Shown: piece after piece, positions 12,556-26,298 of the stretch
Layout: each line of letters starts with the position of its first letter
Position numbering within the stretch: the first letter of the stretch is position 1
Translations under genes and position numbers: made by a program
Notes under the pieces: generated by a model
Seen by the model: the letters and a program-made list of their open reading frames with translations, nothing else
Database searches by the model: none
Told to the model about the DNA's origin: nothing
Source of the DNA: Camelus ferus
Taxonomy: Eukaryota
Length of the DNA: 64,000 bases
Assembly: GCF_009834535.1 (NCBI RefSeq)
Contig: NC_045697.1
Span: 10,356,001 to 10,420,000, forward strand
Reading direction: 5' to 3'

Positions 12556-14814
12556 CAGGTTATCCCTTATCTGAAAGCAGAATGTTTCTATGAAACCTTT
12601 CATAAGCCAAAATGGCATGAAATGAAGAAGCAATTACCGTTAATTTATATGGATAAATTTTGAGCATTCCCAGATCCAAAAATTAACCTACCAAATCATA
12701 CCAAATAACACATAAAACCTAAAATAATACTAACGTATGATAAAAGCAAGAATGATATGATAAATACACAGCCTATATAAAGTAGAAATAGTGTACATAA
12801 GGTGCAGTTTTGTTAGAGCAAGCAGGTAGCTAGTATGAGCAGAGAAAGGGGGACAAGGGCCAAATGGCAGAAAACCATTTAAAACAGGATCCTCTGGACT
12901 GATAACAAACCATACATTCTCGGTTGACAAGTGTCCTGGAGGCAGAGGGTGGGACAAGACAGGAATCCCTACCATTTGAATGTAACCTTTTGATCATTAT
13001 GACCGCTGTCCAAATGTAACTTTTGCTTATGATACCCCCATGCAAATGTAAACTTTTGTTCATTATGGCCTCATCCAACTTCCTGATCAAGACTAAATAA
13101 GGACAAAAAAATACCTCCTCCCCACTTGAGATCAGGAAAGATGACCCTAAACTCCTCCCTGACAATAAACATTCTGCCCATTCATTTTACACCCATATAA
13201 CCAGCTTGCCAAGGAAACTCAGAGCAGCTCCCCACCTGGGTCTGCCTGCTCTTTCCTTGAGCGCATACTTGTCTATCCCTTGATACATTCTTGCTTTGCT
13301 TTCTTGACCTCTGAGTCTTGTTTCTGAATTCTTTCTGCGGCAAGACAAGAACCTTGGTCGACAACAGTTTCACTTACCAGAATCGAGAGGACAGTGAGCA
13401 CACTGGAAGGCTGAGACCTGGTGATGTGATGTGTTAGGCTGAGTTGCAGGAGGTTGTGGTAATGGGAGGTATGGAGACAGGGCTGTAGAATAGAGATCTA
13501 TTAACATCTCATCATCATGTGAATCCATCACCACAGGCAAGTCACTAAGGTCTACAGGTTCTTCTGTCTGCTTGCCTCAGTGTTGAAGGCTGAGGTTTGA
13601 CATTTGCGGTGGCTGATGTGGAAGGCTTGAAATTTGACAGCATGCTTGACTGCTTAGCCTCATGTATTTTTTCTATCATACAGTTCTTCACAGGCACTCA
13701 AAACATCCTGCAAACCTGCCCTAAACTTAAGTGTCCTTTCAAAATTAAAGTCATACTTTTCTGCAACCAGTGCAGTATTGTCAATTGTAGTGAAACTCTG
13801 TCTCATGCAAGTGAGTTGCGTTCAGTTCCTGGAGGTCTTCACTTTTGAGCTGTTCACTACTATGTTCAGTTTCAATTAATATTTAATTAGTATCCTTTCC
13901 TCTTGCAATTGCATCAGCTCTTCATCTGTCAGTTCTTGGTTATGGGATGCCAAAACCTCTTCAACATCACCTATATTTGCTTATACAAATAACCACCTTC
14001 TGTAATTATTTTCTTCAGTTCTTCTGGCAGCTTTTTGGCAGCTTCAGTATCAACTGAAGCACTCTCTCCAGTAACCTTTAAGCTATGAAGCTGCTCTTGC
14101 CTCAAAAACTGATCAAACCACCCATGACTACCTTTAAATTCCACTTTCAAAACATTTTCATCACCATAGTCCAGTGCTTTCTGTTTCAGCTCGTTAGACT
14201 GACCAATTTCTGCTTAAGTATAAGATAACTTGAATACTATGCTTTGTACACCCATCAATCCACTTAAGCAATAAACTTTCCACTTTATCCGTAGCTGAAT
14301 GCCAACCAAGAGACCACTTTGCTACTAGCAGAAGGCAGTAATAACTTTGGCAGCTTTCAAGAGTCTTTCTCTCTGTACGGAAATAGTGGTCCCAAGCAAG
14401 TTAAACTCACAAAATGTCCATTTCCTTCACCCTGATCAAAACATTTAAAAATTACATCATTTTATGTTAAGCTTTTCTGATACTTTGGACACATCATGCC
14501 ATCAGATGCACAAAATGAATCAAGATGAAACACGATGCTCACAGACCCAGTTCCAGGCTTTGGGAGCTTGGTGCTTAGATGCTGAGCGTGGTTCCAAGGA
14601 AGGAACTTGGTGGTGCCACTCTGGCTGCGCATGGCCTCTGACCGCTCCCTGCAAAACAACCACTGAACACTGTGCCAAGTATTTTTGCTTTCCGTCTTTT
14701 TTGGTAAAAGTGAAAATTCTCTTCAGATTTCCTTGTTATCAAAAACAGATACTAATACACATGTGTTCTAAAAGCGAAGTGGCGTAAAGTGAAATTTTGA
14801 AAAGAGAATACCTG
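12556..14814 (-). mobile_element. Tigger-family (TcMar) DNA transposon, internally deleted and interrupted by an LTR
   Basis: TA|CAGG...CCTG|TA termini; minus-strand remnant EFKGSHGWFDQF typical of the pogo/Tigger HTH at about 14110-14145. Confidence 0.8.
12811..13366 (+). mobile_element. ERV1-type solo LTR nested in the Tigger
   Basis: TGTT...AACA ends; 4-bp TSD GTTT at 12807-12810 and 13367-13370. Confidence 0.8.
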
Positions 14815-15124
14815 TATATCGACCTGAAAAATAGTTGGTTTGTAAGAAAAATGAACTTCTTTGCACTGACTTAGTTTGTTACTAATAAATGTGTTTTGTT
14901 AAACTCATTACAGGACAGGAATGAAAACATATATTTAATATATTTCTTAAATTTATTTAATGAAATGCATATTTTTGTTAAAAATGGGTGAATTGCTAAC
15001 CTAAGGAGACAAGAGCCTATTGCGATTATTAAATACAATTTGGTTCTCCAAGTAAGTAAACAAGGTAAAATGATACTAGATGTCAAAAATCTCTATAAAC
15101 CTCTTAGAAAGGTGACACATTTAG

Positions 15125-15790
15125 AGCGGGCTCCCGGGTGCACGAGCGGGGCCGGGAAGGGGCGGCAGCGGAGGCCCGGGGCCGCGCTCACCGAGAGGTA
15201 GGTGCGGCTCAGCCCGGTTCGGGTGCGGCTGCTGCGCCAGCTGGAAGGCCTCCTTAATCAACAGCAGCTTCTTTTCCGCCCCCATGGCGCCAGGACACAT
15301 GCGGGACGAACCCTGTCGGCGCTCAGCTGCGGCGGGCCGGGCCGACCACGCTCAGGGTCTCCACAGCCTCCCCTCAGCGGGCAGCGGAGGGCGTCGTTAC
15401 CGCCAGAGCGTTCAAATAACTCCCGCGGGAGAAGAAAACACCGCGAGATGGCCGCGGGGGCAGGGGCGGATCCCGGCTTCGCGCATGCGCAGAGGGCTGA
15501 GTCGGCCCTTTCCCGGCTGGCCGTGGGATTTCCGTGGGTGCTGGGGTTAGGCCTGAAGTGGTGTTGTGTAGGGAATGGGGGGTGGGGGGAACTGAACCGC
15601 CGGTCCGCAGGCGAGGGGCGAGGTTTGTGGCGCTGGGCTGGAGGTGAGAAGGAAGAAAGGCAACTTCTGGTGGGAGTGGACCAAAGTCCGCTAAAGGGAG
15701 GCATTCCGGGGTTCGCTGGAGGGAGGCACGTTTCGGTTCTGCTCAGGGAACTAAAGGATGTCTCCCCGGAGAAGGGGCTGTGATCCAGGA
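15125..15790. promoter_or_regulatory. Bidirectional CpG-island promoter between NCAPG-like exon 1 and FAM200B
   Basis: Dense CpG; the minus strand reads CCCGCGGGAGTTATTTGAA (E2F/CDE plus CHR; TTCAAA at 15411-15416); YY1-like GAGATGGCCGC at about 15445; NRF1 GCGCATGCGC at 15481-15490. Confidence 0.8.
15192..15285 (-). pseudogene. NCAPG: NCAPG-like exon 1 (paralog, frameshifted by a 17-nt deletion)
   Basis: Minus strand reads MGAEKKLLLIKEAFQLAQQPHPNR, then after a frame change LSRTYLS|GTGAGC; compare NCAPG MGAERRLLSIKEAFRLAQQPHQNQAKLVVALSRTYRT; 94 nt versus 111 expected. Confidence 0.92.
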
Positions 15791-18700
15791 TCTGAGGGGA
15801 GATATAGTCTGTGTCAGCTGAAAGGGTCAGGCTGAGGTTCTTAGGCCTATTTAGGTCGCTAGAGGGCTTGAGGAAACAGTCAGGAATCTCCTGGGAAGAG
15901 GGTTACATTCTAATCTACCTAAATCTCATTCCTGCAAGTTCCGAACCTGAAGGCCTAAGTACTAATGACAAGGAAACAAAGGAGAGAGCGAGAGATAGAA
16001 GGTAATTTTAAGTTACTGGTTACGAGACAGATTTGCAGGACCTTCAGAAAGGAATCAAGCCTTAACCATCCCTTTAAAAAAATGAATATTTTAGACAGAC
16101 AAAAGGTAGAAATAAAAATATAACTAGCATTTGTGTATTCACCTAACAGGAGAAATAGTTATATAATTGAAGTCCTTTGTCTTCTCCGCCCGATCCCATT
16201 CTGTTCCCCCTTGCCCAAGGTAACCACCTTCCCCAAGGTAACCACCTTCCCCTTCAAGCACCTTTGATTACATATATAGTGCTGTTTTGCATAGTTTTGA
16301 CAACCAGAGATGTGTATATTCTTTGGCAGCTTTCTTTAACTTAGTGTAAGATTTCTCAGGGTTATGTGACTCTAGTTCATTCATTGTAACAGCTGAACAG
16401 GTATTCCCTTATAGGAATATATATCACTGTTTATCCATTTTCTTGCTTTATGTCCCCAGTGCCTGACACGTTGTAAATACACGAATGTTGGTTGAATGGA
16501 TGAATGCTGTAGCATCTGAGATGCTACATGAAGAATGAGTAGGATGTCAAATGACTTAAGAAGGCAAAAAGAGTATTTCAGGCAAAGAGAATACCAGTCA
16601 GAACAAAAGCAGAAAGTGCATGAGGTTTTTCAAGAACCTCCACAGTCTTAGAGCTTAAAATGTAGAATTGCATGGAGATAGAGGATGAAGGAGAAACTGA
16701 GAGAAATAGGATGAGGCTTGAATTTAAAGGCTATTATCTTGAGTAGATAACACTAGCTCAGAGCCATTAGAGGTTTTTCAGTTATAAGGAACTGATCAGA
16801 GCTGTATTTTTAGAAGATAATACTCATAGCACCATGGAGATATGTCTAAGAAGTAAAAATGAGGGAATGTGGCAGGGAATTAAAGACCACCTATCAAGCA
16901 TAACTATGATCATTGCATTAAGCATGTAAGGCAATCATGCAGACTTGCTCAAGACCCTGAAACATTATCCCAGTCCATTCATGTCTAGAAAAGTACTTGT
17001 CACTTTTCTAGACAACTGTTTCACACCTTCTGTCAAGCTGGCCACATTTTTTACTCAGACTCCCAGTTAGCTGCTACCTTGCACCCTCTTTCAGCTAGAA
17101 AAGGACTTCCCTGTGCTTTCATCCCGATGTCTACCAGATCTTTCCTAATACACTGTGTCCACTATTACTGTAGGTTAATTGTCTGATTTAGGAGAGGGAG
17201 ACTAGGCCCTTTAAGAAAACTTTTTTTAATACAACAATCTGAAGCATAGACAATTATAAACTCTCAAGAAAGATTGGATTGAAATGGGAATAGTAAAAAT
17301 ATAAAAGAACAGAATGATTTAAAGAATTGTTTTTGCCTAAAAGAATACATAGTATTTCATACCTATAGTAATATAAATAAGATACCATTTTTTATGTGAA
17401 TTTCTTATTTTCAGGTAGATTTAAATGTTAGTCTTTATAAGCTAAACCTAAATATAGTTTACATTTATGTTTTTATAGGACCATTATTTCTACTGCTTAA
17501 CATTATAAGCATTTTATTTTGAAATAGGACTTTGTTGATGATCGAATTTTAAAGAATATGTTTTACTAACCTTCGTCTTACATATAGCCAAATTGTTCAA
17601 ATATAGTTTGGTTACTTATTTTTTACTGACTAATAAAAATAGAATGTTCATGGTACAGTTTACTACAGGTGTCATTCATTCTCTCTTATCTTTCAGATAC
17701 ATTTATTAACGTATGACAAACACTATTCTAGAAACATGTGGATAAAAAGATTCATTAATGGAAAGTCACTAACCTGAAACCATATCACATGACTATATTA
17801 ATGCACCTTGGTATATAAGAAATTTTTAACTACAAGTGCTTGGTTACCTTAATTGAAATTCTCTCCTAAAGAAAGGCTAAGCTAGATGCACAGCTGATTA
17901 AAGAGCATTATTGCTCTGAAATGTGGTTATATATCCACAGCAGTCAACCTTAATGCATACATCTTAAGCAGCCGTGCACACATCTATAGATTTGTGAAGT
18001 TTGGGCCAGAAGGGCTCTGTCCCAGCAGAACCCACCTGGGTTATGGAATTACACATGTACTTACTCATGTTAATGTATGTATAGGCCCTGATTTACATTG
18101 AGTTTTAATTGAGAATATCTCTGTTTAAAGTTCCAAAACTTACGTTTAGACCAAAAACCTCAGGTTTGAACCTACTCCCAAACTCCTGTGACTTCCCAGT
18201 AAGGCACGTTTCAGAGACAAAGGTAATGAAAAGAGGGCAAACAAAAGACTTTGCAGCATGTTTTGTCTAACGCCATCTTTCTTTAGCTACACAGGTGAAT
18301 ATCCATAAAACATCTGGAGAGAGGAGGCATATAGGATAAAATTGTAGTGGTTTGAGATCTCTTGTGGGGGAAAAGCATTAAAAACAAATGAGCATCCTTA
18401 ACTATGACAGGAAGAATCAATAAATGTTCTCTTTCACTTATTAAGAGCAGTTATATGTGAGTCAGATTGCTTCAAGTCTATTGTGAATTGCCCTCCAACT
18501 CTTCTGATTCATTGAAAAGATCTATGTGCAGTTGCTTTTCCAGCAAGTTAGTTCTGGTTTAATACACTGACACTGTCCACCATGCTCTGACATCCCAGAG
18601 GAATCTGCCATTAACTCTTTAGTCCTACTAACAACTTTGGCAGACAGGCCATAAGAAGACCTCCAAAGAAAAGCATTGCCTCTTTCTCAGACCACCTTGA

Positions 18701-19514
18701 AATACTTAGAACATGTCATCTTTTAAGGAAACATCTAATAAAGATTAAGTCAAAGGCACCAGACCCAGAATTCTCTCCCATATGCACACTTTTAAAGTAT
18801 AACCACGTACTATGTACAGTCGCTCTCTAGCAACTGATCATAGTTTAAGAATTTATGATAAGTTGATATTTTTAAGCCCCTCCTAAGGCAACCAACACCT
18901 AAAAATGACACCACCCTAATGAATAAACCCTGACCTCTGCCCCTATTTTTAGCTCTTCCTGATGACCAGCCCTTTATATTACTAGACAGAAAACTACGCC
19001 AAGAGATTGCTAGTCTAGAAACAGGGTGATGTATTTTGCTCTCTTGCATACTACAACTTAATCCTTCTCCCTGTAGTGGTAGTTTTCTCAGTTGGCACCT
19101 GCTGGCACATCCCTGAATCTGCATTCCAGCAACATTGCTCTGGGATGCGCTTTAAAGCTTTTAGAGTTTCAAATAAAGTTTCTGCCCTTAAATTTAACAT
19201 TTAACATTTGTCAATGCCAAACTAACCAGATAGGAAAATATTATCTTGACAGTTTCCCACATTATTCTTTCTCACTGAATTGTGCTAAATTGAATAATCC
19301 ATCTCACCAGCCACCTTTATCCCTGACTATTCAGGTGTATACCCCCAGTTCTGACTTGGTTCTGTTTTCTGACAGTTCTTATCAGAGATACCAACAGGGT
19401 AACTCATTACCAGAGTAAGGCTGTCACAACTCGTAAAATCTAAGTGCAGTCCTTTTGGCATTATTTGAAGCCTGTCAGTGTGAATGAATTACATTAACAA
19501 AAGTTGGCACCGTT

Positions 19515-19548
<34 letters not shown>

Positions 19549-19559
19549 GAGCAACATCT

Positions 19560-20372
19560 ATGCTATGTCTAGAAAGCATAATGTGTGTGCATGGTTTTGG
19601 CAAGCTCTAATAACAAAAAGATACACAAACTTTGCAAGGATCCTCGGTAAAAATGTAATGTACATACAATATAGCAATCAGGGGCCTTAGTATTTACCCA
19701 AAGGAGTTGAAAACTTTTGTCCACACAAAAACCTGCAACCAATGTTTATAGCAGCTTTATTCATAATTGCCAAAATTTGGAAGCAACCAAGGTGTCTTTC
19801 AATAGATGAATGGATAAACTGTGTTATAGTCAGACAATGAAATATTTTTCATTGCTAAAAAGAAATGAGCTATCAAGCCATGAAAATACATGGAGGAACC
19901 TTAAATGCATGTTACTAAGTAAAAGAATCCAATCTGAAAAATCTGTATACTATGTAATTCCAACAGTATGACATTCTGGAAAAGGCAAAACGAGCTGAGC
20001 TGATTTAAAAAAAAAAAATCAATGACTGCCAGAGATTGGGGGGATGGAGGAAGGCAGGGATGACTAGGCAGAGCAAAGGATTTTTAGGGGAGTGAAAATA
20101 TTCTGATACCATGATGATGGATACATGTCATTATACACTTGTCAAAACCCATAGAATGTACAACACCAAGAGTGAATCCTAATACAAATTTTGATTATGA
20201 GGTGTCAGTGTAGGTTTATCAGTTGTAACAAATGTACCACTTTGGTGGAAGGTGTTGATAACAGAGAAGACCATGCATATGTAGGGGCAGGATATATATG
20301 GGAAACCTCTACCTTTTGCTCAATTTTGCTATGAACCTAAGTTCTTTTAAAAAGTTTATTAAATTAAAAAAT
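19560..20372 (+). mobile_element. L1M (L1MB-like) 3' end
   Basis: GTCCACACAAAAACCTGC...GGAAGCAACCAAG...ATGACATTCTGGAAAAGGCAAA, typical L1 3' region. Confidence 0.8.
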
Positions 20373-21008
20373 GCATTATACATGGCATACTGTAAGTCTC
20401 CTTCAAGTTTACAGTTAAGAGTAAAGCCCATATAAATATAATTAATGAAGTCTCAAGGAACAATCTCACCAAGGCTATGGCTTCCTCCCTCTGGCAACAT
20501 CTTTCTTGTTTCAATGTCACTATGCCCTATGATGGCTCTTTCAAAGGCTGTCTTTATTATTAAAAGACTAGCCTCCACATAAATACAGTGGTGACAGGCT
20601 GATGAAAACTGATGGCACGCAGATAATTTGTAGCACAGTTTTGAGTACTGCCTGGTATTACCGAAACCCATACTTATTTATGTACTGTACTCTGTTCACT
20701 CATGGAGGAAGGATGGGTGATAGCTAGAATGAAAAATATTTAATATGTCCCCAAAACTGAGGGATTCCAATCTTCTTATCAAGTGATTGGGGGAATTTAT
20801 GCGCCAGGCAAGTAATAAAAGTAATCTCAAGATATGGGTGTTTCAGCTTCAACACTGACTTCCTAGAAGAACCCATGGAAGGCAAAATTTGTTCTAAAAA
20901 ATAACAGACCTTATGGGGAAAATAGGATTAGGGCCAAACTGTACAACTTTGTAACCAGAGCAATAACAAAATAAAAATGGTTTACCCAGGATTTGTTTTA
21001 ATCAGGTG

Positions 21009-21501
21009 TGATAATACACACAGACACAGAAATGGCTCTCATGAAGCAGGTGGTTTTTATACTTACCCTTAGATACAGAAGGAAGAGCATGCCATTGCCA
21101 CGCCACACAGCGGAGGACGGGGGGCACGCTGGGGAGCCCCAAGATTGGGCAGGAGGGAGAGGGAGCGGAAGGGGAACTGTGGAAAAGCCTGTATCTGGGT
21201 TTTCTGGGGAGAGAATTGGCCAGACCCAGCAAACAGGTTTCAGATTGGCTTTTTGAATAATTTTACTGGGCTTCGGGGCATGGGGGCTGTCCCTAGTTAC
21301 CTGGTGCCTGGCCCCGGGGTGACCAGGGCAGGGGAATACCTGTGGTTTGAACACTGTGTTCCTGGGCTGTGTTTACTATCAGTCAAGTTGTTTGCCCTTA
21401 GGAATTAGCTAACCTTGGAAGGAACAGTCCCTCTCTGTTTAGTGAGAACTCAGATGCCAGAGCATCAAGAATACAGAAAACAAAGAAATACAGTTAGCGC
21501 A
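21009..21501 (-). mobile_element. Solo LTR (ERV1-like)
   Basis: TG...CA-bounded GC-rich block of about 490 bp interrupting the pol fossil, with LTR-like composition. Confidence 0.6.
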
Positions 21502-21613
21502 AGTAGTCCTAATAAAAGTATTGACATCGTTAAGACCTTTAATTTCTAATAAACACTACGGTAAATGTAAGACCTGTCTCCTCTCACAAACGGCATGACT
21601 TGATGGAGAGGTT

Positions 21614-22653
21614 TGTAAGGAAGCGCTGTGTGTTATGCTGACAGGTTCAGAGAGCAGTGCAGTGAGTACTTCCACGAGGGGCATGGCCAAACTTGAGGAA
21701 GTACATAGAGCGAGTGAGCCGTGCTTCTCCGTGGTGTGCTGGATTTAGTTTTGTCAGCGTACTTTACAACTCCTGAAGCTGACTTCTGGGTCTGACTGAC
21801 ATCATTTTTTCTATCTGCCAATCTTGGCCGAAGGGGTTTTGCCGGGAGCCATTCCACCAATGTCGATGCCCCTTGACAAAGTTGGGGCAAAATGGTCGTG
21901 CGGATGGCAAAGCAGTCGCCACTCTGGAAAATACTAGCATTTCCTTCTGTTGTTCATAGTGCCTATAATTGGATTGGGGATATCTTTGGGATACATGGGC
22001 TTTTTGAAAACTGTACAGGATGATTCTCAACCTGGGGAAATAATAGGGGCTATGATGATGAGTGTGCAGGGCACATTAAGTACTTGGGAACAAATCAAAA
22101 CATCAGCGCTCCCATGGTGTGTCATGCCTTAAGCCTTAAAGACAGTGTGTGCCGCCAGCTCTGTAAAAAACATAAGATAGATATCTATAGCTTTCCTTGT
22201 ACGTAATAAGAACAATAATCAGCCCACTGTTTGGGTTCCAGGCGCCAGTTGGCTGGGACCTTTGTGACCTTTTCTTTTTGTGCTTGTTTTTATGAAATAG
22301 TCTTCAGTTAAATAGAATTGAAAATAGGTTGAAAGTTAATGATTAACTAGGTAGAGGGCTAGGAGGAAAATTTAAGAAATCATAAGGGTGATGACGTTCA
22401 GCCAAGTCGAAAAAGGCCCATGACCACATCCGGGTATGGAAAATAGGTCAACAATGTAAACAATGAAGGTGTAAGAGTCAACTTGGCCACAATGTGAAAT
22501 CACCTGTCTGATAAAATTGTATAAATACCACAAATAAAGAAAGCCTTGTAGAGCTGCCTGCATGGTGATCAAACTTTGACTGGCTCTGTCCCTCTTTCGC
22601 CGACGCCGTCCATCCCTGGGTGCTCCTGGACCTGCTGGAACGGGACTCCGGCA
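21614..22653 (+). mobile_element. Long betaretroviral (ERV2)-type solo LTR
   Basis: The 3' end CCTGGACCTGCTGGAACGGGACTCCGGCA resembles artiodactyl ERV2 LTR ends; AATAAA at about 22533; starts TGTAAGG; near-TSD AGGTT/GGGTT; CpG retained, so relatively young. Confidence 0.65.
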
Positions 22654-23109
22654 GGGTTTGGCTTAGAGAAACAGGCCTAAGCCTATATGACGTGGTGTTG
22701 AGGACGCTGCAGGCTTTTTGCTTCAGCACCCATGACCTTGGATATTGTAAAAGCCTCTAAAGCTGGCAATAATATTGCTCTGTGTTGTCATGCTTAATGT
22801 CATATCTCTAGTCTTATTCCCAGGTCAAGGATGCATTCCAAGAAAATTTAAAAAATATGTCACCAGCTCCAACCTTATAGCTGACCTAACCATGGAAAAC
22901 CTCATTGGATCCTCTGTAGATCAGACTATAACTGGCACTCTTAAAAATACTCCCCATCAAAAAGTATCAGGGATGAAAATCTGAGATATATATACCTTCC
23001 ACTTCAAGAAACTTCCTGTAGCAGCCAACAGTTTTGCAAGTCAGCTGGTTTCTTTGATCATCAAACAGACATAGTCAAGCTACCAACACAACAGAGGAAA
23101 ACATGTCTG

Positions 23110-23440
23110 TATGAGTGTTCTTCACATTATGTGTGTGACCCATTTAGTAGGTCATGTGATCAATTTTGTGAGTCACGACGAACATTTTGTTGAGACAAAA
23201 TAAAATATAAAATATCAGAATGAATATTCTCTGCATGAATCCTTTGCCAGAATTGTGCACATTGCAAGGAATACTAAGGTCAGTTCCACTATGAGGAAAG
23301 ATTTGGTCAAGGTGATAGGATGCCCAAGAAATGTTTTTTTCAGTCGTTGGTCCACCGATGTCTTGTTTGGTTTTCATAATAACAAGGTCAATGTGCAGTC
23401 TAGTTTTTTATCACCATGACTTGCAACCGGATGAAAGTCT
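23110..23440. mobile_element. hAT-Charlie-type subterminal sequence upstream of the FAM200B ORF
   Basis: GTGACCCATTTAGTAGGTCATGTGATCAATTTTGTGAGTCACGAC resembles Charlie/MER subterminal motifs. Confidence 0.5.
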
Positions 23441-23568
23441 GAGATGTTCAACTGAGATTCAGTTGTAAACTGCATTTCTTAGAAAGATGTTATCCAGGCT
23501 ATAAATAAATAAATAAATAAAATTTGAGTTAGTGGCAATTAAAACATTTTTTCAAAATTGCTTTTAAA

Positions 23569-25612
<2,044 letters not shown>

Positions 25613-26164
25613 TAATACAGCATTGTATGTGATAACTTTTTGTTTTTGTTTTTGCTATATTTGAGTATGAATAAAATCATAATGTACTTTTATGTTCATT
25701 GAACAAAAATTTAATGAACTTCTATTAGAGCTCAGGAACTGTTCTAGAGACATTTAGGATACAAAGTGAAGGAAACAGATCATTCTCTAGTGGGGCTTAT
25801 GTTCTGGCAAGGAGAGCGAGAGACAGTAAACATGATAGATAAGCTTTATAATATTTAGAAGGTAATAAGTGTTTTAGAGAGTAATAAGAAAGGAGGTTGG
25901 GGAACTATTTGGGGACCACATCGTGAAGGGCTCTAGACCATTATAAGGCCTGTGAGGTTTTGTCAGTGGAATGGAGAGCAATGGAAGGGTCCTGCAGAGG
26001 AGACACAGGATGTGAATTAGGTTTTTAAAAACTCACTCTGACTTCTGTTTTGAGAATAGATTGAACTAAATGTTACCTCTTTAAAGAGATCTCGCCTAAG
26101 GACCGTAGTTTGGGTACATCCTTCATTATTCTTTTATTTCTTTGTTTTCTTGGTAATTTGTAAC

Positions 26165-26298
26165 TTACTTTTTTTAATATTTCTTGGGGAAGGTAATTAG
26201 GTTTATTTATTCATTTATTTCAGTGGAGTTACTGGGGATTGAATCCAGGACCTTGTGCATGCTAAGCACGCACTCTACCACTGAGCTATATCCACCCC
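26165..26298 (-). mobile_element. Camelid tRNA-derived SINE
   Basis: GGATATAGCTCAGTGGTAGAGTGCGTGCTTAGCATGCACAAGGTCCTGGATTCAATCCCCAG on the minus strand. Confidence 0.85.

Larger units (their letters stand above)
18425..23060 (+). mobile_element. Ancient ERV pol fossil (RT, RNase H, integrase), fragmented by younger insertions
   Basis: FSFTY*EQLYM*VRLLQVYCELPS (resembles FAFT..QYTWTRLPQGYCESP); VLV*YTD (LVQYVDD); LLTTLAD.HK..SQTTLKYLEHVI; RNase H DLVLFSDSSY at about 19355-19385; integrase tail NTPHQKVSGMKI at about 22945-22985. Confidence 0.72.

Noticed and set aside
15125..15400. FBXL5 exon 1, expected here from synteny
   Set aside because: The translation is NCAPG-like (MGAEKKLLLIKEAF), not FBXL5 (MAPFPEEVDVF); no FBXL5 exons were recognised in the window.
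15202..15783. 193-aa, 148-aa and 88-aa ORFs over the CpG island
   Set aside because: Low-complexity GC-rich frames with no recognisable homology; the real signal is the short minus-strand NCAPG-like exon.
15800..23500. DCAF16 coding remnant on the plus strand
   Set aside because: No match to DCAF16 motifs (MGPRNPSP, LAWQVKCLLKY) was seen by eye; a very decayed copy cannot be excluded.
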